Positions 53,371 through 64,000 of a stretch of DNA of 64,000 nt are shown in pieces. The stretch covers positions 2,469,148 through 2,533,147 of the forward strand of contig NC_068993.1 of assembly GCF_001194135.2 (NCBI RefSeq), written 5' to 3'. The notes under the pieces were generated by a model. That model saw only the letters and a program-made list of their open reading frames with translations, had not been told where the DNA came from and made no database searches. The stretch's first letter is position 1, and the number at the start of each line of letters is the position of its first letter. Source of the stretch: Octopus bimaculoides (taxonomy: Eukaryota). The position numbers and the translations under genes are program-made.

Positions 53371-55270
53371 TTTAAAAATCCATGAATAAAATAATCCTGA
53401 AATGAAGAATCTCTTGAATTGTGTATTGTTGTTATTTTTTCTCTTGTTGGTCACTCATAAACAAACTTGACAAAATGCATATATACACGCACATATTTGT
53501 GTGTGCTTGATTGTATAGATATATACATAAATATATGTGTGTATGTATATATTTGGGTGTCTGTGCACCTGTGTGTGTATGTGATTATATACAAAATCAC
53601 GTTTAGTTTTCATTAATCCTTTTATATTTAGTTGGAAATAACTTAGTCACATGTGGAAAGCTAATCATTATAACACATTTGCACGGCATATGTCGGATAC
53701 TTTAGATGGCGGAATAGAAGGATGGAAGAATTCAAACTTCTCATCAGTTTTGAATATTGGTCTTCTACACTAGTGTTCAATTGGTTTGGTTTTCAATCAT
53801 ATTCAAGTGATAAGATTAATAATTCGAAATATTTCAATTTTCATATTAATAACGCATCTTAGAAATACAGACAGTTAAAATATGATAAGTTTAAGAATTT
53901 ATCTTCTACATTTCCTAACTTTTTGACATAGGTCTTCGTTCCATTATTCAGCAAGTATAAAATATAAAAATGACCCAATGTGTTTTCACTGCTATTACAA
54001 TAACTTCGCCTGATAGCAGAGGAATTTCTGTAAAGAATACGAGGGTATTTTTAGAATTTCTTTTCTTAATGTCATGTCCATTTTCCAATATTTCTCTTGA
54101 AATTTATGATGTGAATTTATGATGTAAGTTGAAATTTATGATGTAAAATTCAAATATATGAATTGTATTCTGTGTAAGAGTTATTTACGTCAAGCAATGT
54201 TTATTATATTCACAACAGATTTGAAATTAAATTGACTCTGTTAAAAAAAAGTTGAACAAAAATGTTCAACTAAATTTTACACACGCACACACACACCTGT
54301 GTACACACATGTGTAGGCATGAGTCTATACATGTTTATATGCACATACGCAACTAAGTAAATTTCTGCCATTTACAGATACACTGTCAACCCTCGGGTGT
54401 TTGGTTGTCTTTAACAGGGCGCAGAATCTTTTTTTTTTCTTTGATAATTTAAAATAACTGGCTCCTGATTTCTAATGCAGGGAGTTCTAGTGGTTAGTAC
54501 AATAAATTTGTCAAGAGGTAGAGAAATGGTTCTTTGGGTGTGTCTTAGAAAATAAGGTACAAGATCAACCAGTACAGAGGAACTGAGGCCATCATTGTCG
54601 GAAGAGAATGTATATTCTTTTTTTCTTAATGAAAGTGTGAAACTGTGCGTTACTTTGAGGGAGATTTCGTTGCTATTACAAACACATCGTGTGACCCCGT
54701 AGTGGCTTCCCACAAAGTGAGTCTTAGATTTTGCAGAATTAGCCAATATTAATCATTCATCAGTTTTAATTTCACTTATTGCTATTGTTTTTAATATTTC
54801 AAATTTACGCTCACAAATCCTCTGTTATTTTGGCACGTTATTAGTTTTCTTCGCCCAACGTTTTCTTTAAAGGTATATTTTGTTGGCCTGCATCTCTGTG
54901 AGATAAATGAAAAGAAGAAGAAGAATCAAAACTGTTCAGTTTGATAATAAATTTGATATTGATCTTTGTTTTATTTGATAACAGAAAATAAATTATTGAT
55001 TTGTTTAATTAATATTTAATTTAAGATAATGATGAGTCTAAAGAGTGTTTTTTAGGTACGTTTTCTTTTTTACACTGATCTGTTTAATTTAGTGAATAAA
55101 ATAAATGAATAATTAATTTGTTTACTTAATTGTTAATTTAAGAGAATAAATACTGGAGCTTAATGTAAATTCTGAGGAGAAAGTCTAGCACCATAAATGA
55201 TAATAGTGACACCAACAAGGACAATTACGTGGAAGATAGAAATAATGGTAATATTACTGGTTCCATTGCA

Positions 55271-55360
55271 TTCTTCTTCTTCTTCTTCTTCTTCTTCTTC
55301 TTCTTCTTCTTCTTCTTCTTCTTCTTCTTCTTCTTCTTCTTCTTCTTCTTCTTCTTCTTC
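55271..55360. repeat. (TTC)30 microsatellite
   Basis: Direct reading. Confidence 0.95.
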
Positions 55361-56004
55361 ATCATTTCTTTCTTTCTTTCTGCTTCCTTTCCATGCCATT
55401 TGTTTTTGAACGGTCTCGTAGTACATTCGTTTTCGTCTTCCATGAAAAGTGGCTGTGAACTTATCATTCAGCAAAACATTTCTGTGAGTGATCTAGCATG
55501 ACCATTCTCATGGTGTAAACTGAACAGGAGGAAGAAAGAAGTAGAAAAAAGATCGAACCTAGCAGTTTATTGTCACTTTACCGAATCCTTAAAGACGAAC
55601 GACAAAGTTTACCACGGTGGGATTTAAATACAGGGAGCAAAATGCGTAATACATACATACATACATTGTAGTCTCTAGAAATCCGAGATTGTTCTGCAGT
55701 TTTTGCTGAACAACAGTTGTTTTCGTTTTCGTTGTTTAGTTCCAGGTCATCTCACAGAAAGCTGGTCTATGGTCAAAGCATTTTCATCTGCGGCAGTCCC
55801 ATCTTTTTTATTCAGACTTAGTATACAAGGACTAGTAATCATTTCAGTTTTAAGATATAAATCGTGGATTAAAGAAGACTTGACTATTCTTTCTAGCCAC
55901 TTAAACACCCACATTGAGCTCGTCCGCAGAGCAAATTTCGCTCATGATCAAATTGAAAACGAAATTCATATAAACCCTATGAGAATATTTTTTAAGCCTT
56001 AAGA

Positions 56005-56225
56005 TAATGTTTTCTACTATAGACACAAGACCTGAAATTTGGGGGAAGGGCAAGCTGATTATGTCAAACGCTGTGAGCAACTTGTACTTATTTCATAGTC
56101 CCCAAAAGGATAAAAGGCAAACATCAACCTCGACGGAATTGGAACCAAAACATAAAGACGGACGAAATGTATTTAAGCTTTTTGTCCGGCGTGCTAACGT
56201 TTGTGTCAGTTCATCGTCTTAAGCC
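56005..56225 (+). mobile_element. SINE-like family B copy (other plus copies at about 14985-15175, 30755-30915, 46060-46250, 47385-47570, 50030-50150, 60207-60412)
   Basis: ttctactatagacacaagacctgaaatttggggg... body shared between copies. Confidence 0.75.
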
Positions 56226-56816
56226 TTGAAATAATAAACCTTATAAGTTACAAAATCAACTATTTCTTTCAGCTCAAACGCGTTCTCACAGCTTGCTAAG
56301 ATATATTTGACAAACAGACATTCCCCATCCCCAACTGATGATTGTGTATAAAATGCATGAACCATTGTGATATTGAAGTGCCGATTGTCATACTTATATC
56401 TAGTTAGACAACTGGATATGTAGATGAGAAAAATGTTAGAATATGTCGACCATTTTGTAAGGGAATCTTAAATGTAACATACGCACTTTGTCTTCAAGTT
56501 TTCAGTTCTTCGATCGCATGATCGGATTATTGTATCTCTCTCACTCCCTTTCTCTTAAACTATACTCCCTTCCTCTCTTTTGCATAGGTACAGGTATTTT
56601 TATTTATATATGTGTATGTTTGTGTGTGCGCACTGACGCGTGTTTATATGGATGTAATTAATCAGTTTTATTTCAAGATGTTTTGCCAATAGAGAAAGAG
56701 CCGGTTTCTAACCTAGATCCAAAGCTCCTTCATTGGAATTTCAACATCAAAAGGGCATTGTATGTTTGTATGTGTGTGTATGTGCAGATTTGTATGTTTT
56801 GTTTTATGTATGTGTG

Positions 56817-56870
<54 letters not shown>

Positions 56871-57948
56871 GTGAATTTGTGTGTGTTTGTATGAATGTTA
56901 AAATCTACCGTTCTAAACTAATGCGTCGAATTATGTCAACACGTAACCCTGCGTTTCGATAAATAGTTTTCAATAATATAAATACCAAAACTTCACACTA
57001 GAGTTTATATATATTGAAGCTACAGCATAATGGTCAATGTCCAATACTTGAAAAGAGTGAAAGAGTCAGCTATTTCCCCCATTTCCTTTGACTCAAGCTT
57101 ACTGTCTTCATGTTTTGATTAGATATTTTCCAATAATAAGTCATTTGTAATGTTATTTTTCTAAAGTCTATGGTGTTATCATCCGGTTTGCATCAGGGCA
57201 ATGTTATCATATGAAAAATATGTATTGAAACGAAAAGATTATTGTGGTTATTGTTTGAAATTAATAGAAGAAAAGTCCAGAATTCTGAATTAAGATTGGC
57301 TAATATCAACCTTTGTATCTTTGTTGAATATTGAATGTCTTGAAAATATCTCAGTGAAAAATCTTTTTCCTTTACTATACTTTCACTTTCATTTTTGGTT
57401 CAAGAGAATTTACCCTAGGAATAGTATATATGTAGGCGTTATAAACGATATTGTAAAAAGGCGAAACAAAAATAAACAAGTCTGAAGACAGTGCTAGTTA
57501 CCGTATTGTATTTGAAAGAGTTGATTCAGTAAAACGAACCCTGTTTAAAATATTGTTATAAAGAGTACGTTTAACAATTATAACGAATAGGTTTTATGTT
57601 AAATCCGTGCTTTTGTTATTGAACCTGTCAATCTGACAACGTGTTAATACGCATTTCTCAAAGAAATCCATACTGTTTTCTAGGAGGGTGTTAAGAGCCA
57701 TCAATGAAATTTATTACAGGGGCTCTGAAAGGCTCTTTAGTCATGTTACGAGATTATTATTGCCCTTTCCACTCCAAGAGCTTTACGGTAAACTTTGGTT
57801 TTAAAACGTGGCTACTATCATTTGTTTTAAAAGAAGTCACGTGGAAACTTATGCCCTCCAATATTGTAGTTGACGTTTGAACTTACACAGAACAATTCAA
57901 TTCACAGCAATTGTTTCTTGTTACAACAAATGCTTCAACAACACTTAC

Positions 57949-57976
57949 CTTGAAGCAGAAATTGCTCCATGAGACG
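57949..57976 (-). CDS. Candidate second exon, 28 nt (RLMEQFLLQ in phase 0)
   Basis: Consensus donor AAG|gtaagt. The acceptor (ttatttctcggtgcaaaag) is only moderate. Confidence 0.3.
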
Positions 57977-58545
57977 CTTTTGCACCGAGAAATAACAACA
58001 ACAACAATGGCAGTGGCGACAACAACATCAATATCAACAATGAAGGATTTTCTTTCAGTTACATAGCGTTAACTGGATCCGAAATCCCATTGTTGAAAAG
58101 CAAACTTCTTAATTATGCGGTTATAATTTAGATTGCTTATTAATATAATTAAGATAAGAACAATTAGGAAAGAACGCATTCTTTACTTGTGATTTAGAAT
58201 CTCTGCCGTAGATAACCAGAAGCAATTTTGTTTCCATATATCATGTCAACTTTGATAAACGAAGTCCTCATTCGTCACTCTGCACTATTTCCAGTCGGTT
58301 TCTGTTATCGGTCAAAATTTGTGTTATTGTGCTATAACCTTTCTCTGTTAGGATGATGAAAAGCCATAAAAATATCTTGGCTTTATTCCACAATAAAGGG
58401 AATTTCATTCAGCATCGTAACCACATTTCACACTTACCTTCATTTTAAAATGTCATTTTTTTCTTCATTATATTGTAACTCAATAATGTCTCCAGTAATT
58501 CAATATTTTTTTGTTATTTCATTTTACACACAAACAGATTCTAAC

Positions 58546-58581
58546 CTCGGTAAACCTTATTTGAAAGCTGGCAGCCGCCAT
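58546..58581 (-). CDS. Candidate first coding exon (MAAASFQIRFTE)
   Basis: aaaATGGCGGCTGCC start embedded in a YY1 motif; donor GAG|gttaga. Confidence 0.4.
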
Positions 58582-58607
58582 TTTGTAATGAAAAAAGAGG
58601 TCACGTG
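58574..58607 (-). promoter_or_regulatory. YY1-type motif (GCCGCCATTTTG, 58574-58585) plus USF/TFE-type E-box (GGTCACGTG, 58599-58607): candidate core promoter
   Basis: Exact motif matches 13 nt apart; the YY1 motif overlaps an ATG on the minus strand. Confidence 0.45.
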
Positions 58608-61289
58608 TAAAGTGAATGTTGAAAGTTGAAGTTTGATCTGAATGCAAGCATTGGATTCCTAGCAATTGTTATTTGTTATAACAGATGAATAAGAAAGTAC
58701 AATGTTTCCCCACCCCTCATAGAATTTATGCGTACGAGATGGATAAAGTGAATAGGATAAAGTAAATGCCCTTCGGAATACATGTTTCATTTTCTTTCCA
58801 TGACGTTGCCATCGAATAGACTTTCGTTTTTAGTTGTTTACTCGCAACACATTTTAAAGACCAGTGTTTCACATGCCGTCTCTTTTCAATGCACTCAAAA
58901 CACTTTATGCCTTGTAAAATCCCAAATAAAAATTCATTATATATTTTTCCAGACAACGTTTTTTTTTTACATGTCATCATAATATTTATTGTTGCATATA
59001 ATTTCAGTTTGACATTTTTTTTTATATCAAACTTACATTTTTCGAAACTTTTCATATTTATTTTTATCAAAAACTATTTTGTCTTAATATCGTTTATTAA
59101 GATTTTGCTTTTAAATTTTTGATGTTAGTTTTTTTATATATTTCTTACCATTATGAGTAAGAAACAAGAATGAAAAATGGAAATAAAACAAACATACAAG
59201 GAAAGAAGAAAGAAAGGTCAGCAATATATATTACCAATAGAAATATGAGATTTATTGATCTACGTTCAGAATATTGACGACCTGTGTGTCTTTTCTGTAA
59301 CACCGTCTGATCTAAAGAAACTGTGAAACTATTACGTCTAAGAGAGCAATTTACGAAAAAGCAACTGGAAAGGTGTGTATAATACATTAAAGCTAGAAAA
59401 GACGAAGCGGGTTAGTTGAAAGACGCCAGACTTTAGATATATTTCAAAAGCCAAACCGAAAATTAACAATTGCTTCATTGCTTCTTTTAAGATACCACAA
59501 TGAATAGCAAAATGCTGAAAACCACGCACCATTTGGGAGGCACTAATAATACTTTTACCCCTTGATATTCTTTTCCTACTCCTTAAACTAGATAAAGATA
59601 ATTTCAAGTCGGTTCCGTGCAGTAATTATACTGTATCTTGCCGGATTTATGAATGAAGGAGGATACTGAAAGCCGGTTTTGTATGAAACTCGAAAGGACT
59701 GAACGAAGCAACGAGATTTTATTGAAGGCCTATGGGTGTTTTGTGAAAGTTGAAAACATAATTTCTCTATAAATCGTTGGAAATATGCAAAGAGACAAAC
59801 TTTTGATCATAAGAGTAACCTTGAATATAATAAAGTTTTTTTGCAACAGTATTACACGGTGTATAAAGATGGCCGTGTACCATCTATGACAGGATGGTTT
59901 GGAACCATATATGTCAAAAGAAATACCTAATATATTCAAAATTCAAAGTGATTCATCGCCAACACCTTGTCATTAAAAGACTGATCTACTCAGAATCTTT
60001 CTTCAAGCCAAATTTATATAATCTACGCTGTTAACAAAATCACAACTAAGATATTCACCATTCGGTTATTTCAGCAGTTTCGAACGGTTGCTTCTTTGAC
60101 TGTGAAAAACCATTTCACACTTCTTTGATTGTGAAATGGTTTTTTACTAGAATCGCTCCTTCTAACTTTACGACATTCGTATTGAAATGATAAATAAGTG
60201 TCTCATAATAATCTTTTCTACTACAGGCACAAGGCCTGAAATTTTGGTGGGAGGAGGTAACTCAATGACATCGATCCCACTGGTTAACTGGTATTTATTT
60301 TACAGACGCCGAACAATAAAGGGCAAAATCGATTTCGGTGGAGTTTGATCTCAGAAAGTAAAGACGGACTAAATGTCGCTATGTATTTTATCCGGCGCGC
60401 TTTACAACAGTTAAAGGATAATTTCGTGACAAGGTTTAATAACATATGTTTCTGTCTGGGTGAAGAACCTATTTGTGAACAAACTAGGACCGCATTTTGA
60501 GTTACAGGAGTCTCTTATCATGTTACAAATGAAAAAATAAATAAAGATACGGTCTTTTAAATGCCGAGGAATGTACGAAATATGGCATCAATGCAGGATG
60601 AGATTTACTATCGCATTTTATTGCATTCTCATCTTTCTTTTTATCGGACGGATGTTTTAGTACACTAACCCAAATTTGGCTCAAGAACAGAAACTAAATG
60701 AATAGAATGAAGTGTGGAGATTTACGACAGCAGAACCAAAAATTTGCAAAATTTGTTGCTGGACTTCATTCACAGGAATCACATTAATTAAGAATTACTT
60801 GTATCTTAATTGTTCTCACTTTAATTATATCAATAAACAATGTCTGTTTTCTTAATTATTCTTATTTTAATCATATTAATAAACCTGTTTACATTCATTT
60901 GAAGTTTAATTAGAACCATCACCTTTATTATAAAAGGGCGGAAGGTGGGATGGCAGTGTCATTGTGTTTTCGGCAAATGTTTCGAACATGGAGATTGTAA
61001 AACACTAACGCAGATTACTATGACAATTACGAACCAACAAAATATTCAGATGGTATCTGTTACAGCTGCTGCTCTTCTTTGTTTACGAGGAAATCGTTGT
61101 CTTCAAATCTCACATATCATACGTCCTCATTTAAACATGAGAGAATATGGAGGTTTATTTCATGTATGGTGATTTTGGCTAGACTGGTCAGTCCATACTA
61201 TCGGATAGCGTTGGGGGAAAGCTGGCTCGACAGACAGTCAAACACATCGGTGTGTGGTTGAGTCCAAATCTTCATATAAACAAAAACTT

Positions 61290-61495
61290 AATTAGGCTAT
61301 GAGCAGAGTAACTAGTCACACCAAGAAATGGGCCGAGAGGTACCATACTATCTATTCAACTATCTAATACTTTCCTGGTTATTCTGGCCGTGCCAAGGAG
61401 GCAGACCTTTTGTAACTGTTCTACTTGGCACTCTATTCCAATTTCCTTGATATTCCTCTTGATGTCTTCTGATACTGTCCCCAAAGATCCAATAC
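61290..61495 (-). mobile_element. 3' fragment of an R4/Dong-type (restriction-like endonuclease) non-LTR retrotransposon
   Basis: Minus frame IGSLGTVSEDIKRNIKEIGIECQVEQLQKVCLLGTARITRKVLDS* (stop 61356-61358) fits the IGALG...QK...LLGTA-I-R C-terminal pattern of this group. Confidence 0.7.
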
Positions 61496-62219
61496 TATCT
61501 TCAGCTTCTTCATTTTCTAAAGTCGGGCTCGTATTTAGGAGTACTGTGTATGTCTGTTGTTTCGCTTTCTTTCTTCACTATTCAAAGGGGCACGAAAATT
61601 TATCATTAGCATTATTGTTGTTGTTGCTACTGCTGATGTTGTTTTTGTTGTTGTTGCATGCATTTCCATCCGGATTCTTTCTCAATACTCGCTCTGCCTG
61701 TATACTGGTCATATACTGTCTTTCGATTTTTAAGAACGTTAACATCAAGTCGTTTCGTATTCTTTGTTGCTTTCAGTTTCAACGAATTCTCACAATACAC
61801 TCTCTATTTACTATGTATCACTTTCTTTCATATTGAAAATATTTCTTCATAGATTTAATATGACATGATTTATTAGATCTTTGGTGACTGCAGTATTGAT
61901 TTTAGTCCAATTGTTTATTAACTTAATACAAACACTGCCTACACGCTATTTTGTCGGTAGCGTGTTAGCGCTAATGCACTATGTATGTTTGTAAATGTTG
62001 AAGATGGTGTATACGCATATAAATACTATGAGTGTGTATGTGTGTGTGTTCATGTGTGCGTACATAAACTCAAGTATATATGTATACTGATACGTATAAT
62101 TAAACTTTTTGCCATAATTTTTTTAAAATGTTGATTTATTTATTTCTTCAGCAGATTTTTATTTTTCCTTTTTACTCGTAGTTCTAGATTCAATTTAGAT
62201 TTTTGCTTTCGGGACAAGG

Positions 62220-62626
62220 TGGCAGCGGAGGCGGCGGTGGTGGAGGTTGTGGTGTTTGGTGGCGGTGGTGGCGGTGGTGGCGGTGATGGTGGTGGTGGTT
62301 GTAGTGTCTTACTGTTGCTAAAGATTTCGTGGTTTTCGTCATCGTTTTTTTTTTATTTATTTACTTATTTTCTGTCTGTAAATTAGAGAGCATTTGATTG
62401 TTTGTTTATAAGTCATCATAAAACCAGTTTATCATACATCTTTATGATTATAGATGTCACTGCTTGCATTATTATTATTATTGTTGCTGTTGTTGCTATT
62501 GTTGTTTTTGCTGATGTTGTTATTTTTATTGTTCTGTTGCTGATGTTTCGTTGCGGTTGTAATTTTGGCTGCTTCTGCTGCTCTTTTTGGCAGACGATGG
62601 TAGTGTTGATGCTGATGTTGATGGTA

Positions 62627-62658
<32 letters not shown>

Positions 62659-62915
62659 GATGAAGATGATGGTGACAACAACGACGACGATGATTATGAC
62701 GGTCTTAAAAATGATGACGACGACAACCGTGATAATGACGATGCATAGGACGACGACGACGACGACGACGACGACGACAACAATGATAAAGGCGACGACG
62801 ATGGTGATGATATTGGTTGCGGTGATGGTTGTGATGATGATGATCATGATGATGATGACTAAGAAGAAGGAGATGGCAAAGACGACGAGGATAGCGATGA
62901 TGATGTCATTAATGA
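62220..62915. repeat. Low-complexity (GGT/GTT/GAT/GAC)n region
   Basis: Direct reading. Confidence 0.9.
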
Positions 62916-63331
62916 TTTAGATTAGGCGACACAGTTATGTATTTTCCATTAAACAAACCAAATATATAACGAAAGCAACCTTTTAAAATTAGATATAATA
63001 CTTTACATGTCTACACTCCCTCCTAAACAGTTACAAATGTATCGATCATATCTTCATATTTGTGTTGTTTCATTTCCTTCCATTGTTTGGCTTTGTTTTG
63101 CTTCTTAAATACTTTTACCATTATTATTTGCTTCTGTCTTTTATATTTCTTTTTCTTTTTTTTCTTTCTTATTTCGCATTTAGTTTCTGTTTATTTTTAT
63201 GATTTTGTTTTATCTTTCGCTCTTTGTATTCTTTGCAATCGCCCTCAACCCCGCCCCTTCTATCTAGAAATCATTTTGTTAATAAGTAAACAACATTTAT
63301 ATACACTCCCNNNNNNNNNNNNNNNNNNNNN

Positions 63332-63369
<38 letters not shown>

Positions 63370-63814
63370 AATATATATATATATATGTATATATATATAT
63401 GCACATATATACATACTCTCTTACTCTTCCACTCTCTCTCTCTCACTCTCTCAGTCACTCTCTCTTTCTCTCTCCTCTCTCTTTCTCTCTCCTCTCTCTT
63501 TCTCTTTCTCTCTATATCACTATACATATATATATCCACACATATGCACACACAATATTAACATTACTATAAATGAATGCCATTATTATTCTACAGGTTT
63601 TGCTAGAACGAGCGCGCTTGTCAAATTTTCAGATCTTTTGGCTTTTCCCAGAACTTTCGTGTTTTTCAACAGAACTGCAGTAACGGTAGCAGCAACACGA
63701 GTAGCAGTAGCAGCAGCAGAAACAGTAACAACAATAACAACAGCAGTGCCAACAACATCAATGACAGTAAGTTACAGCAAAAATTGAATATTTGCTGTAT
63801 GTAGACAGACAGAC

Positions 63815-63883
<69 letters not shown>

Positions 63884-64000
63884 GATAGACAAATACGTGC
63901 ATACATACATGTAAAGATACAAATATATGTATTTATATGTAACTATATATACCTACATCTACATCTATATATGTATCTACACACACACACACACACACAC

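Noticed and set aside
54636-57787. Plus-strand exon-like units at 54636-54716 (CETVRYFEGDFVAITNTSCDPVVASHK) and 57684-57787 (RVLRAINEIYYRGSERLFSHVTRLLLPFPLQELY)
   Set aside because: They have open frames and AG/GT ends, but are not directly phase-compatible and show no recognisable domain. Such units arise by chance in 64 kb.
61390-61836. 148-aa plus ORF
   Set aside because: It is antisense to the LINE fragment and to an (AAC)n tract.

Overview
Eukaryotic, AT-rich, short-read-assembly DNA. It has many N gaps flanked by (TA)n, extreme microsatellite density, and at least four recurrent SINE-like repeat families of the kind I recognise from Octopus genomes; the species call is inference. There are no prokaryotic features, CRISPR arrays, rRNA or intact tRNA genes. 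Nearly all ORFs in the supplied track are microsatellite or gap artefacts. By manual splice-site reading I find a fragmented minus-strand protein-coding locus: exons with C-type-lectin-domain (CTLD) cysteine signatures at 30.5-45 kb, a receptor-like cytoplasmic tail at 26.8-29.4 kb, and a YY1/E-box promoter with a plausible first exon at 58.5 kb. Transposon remnants include a Tc1/mariner transposase C-terminus, an R4/Dong-type LINE C-terminus and two foldback MITEs. The clearest unannotated signal is a type I hammerhead ribozyme motif at 33154-33204, set between 42-bp inverted repeats. All exon calls were made by eye and need RNA-seq or homology confirmation. I cannot claim a wholly new biological system from this window.
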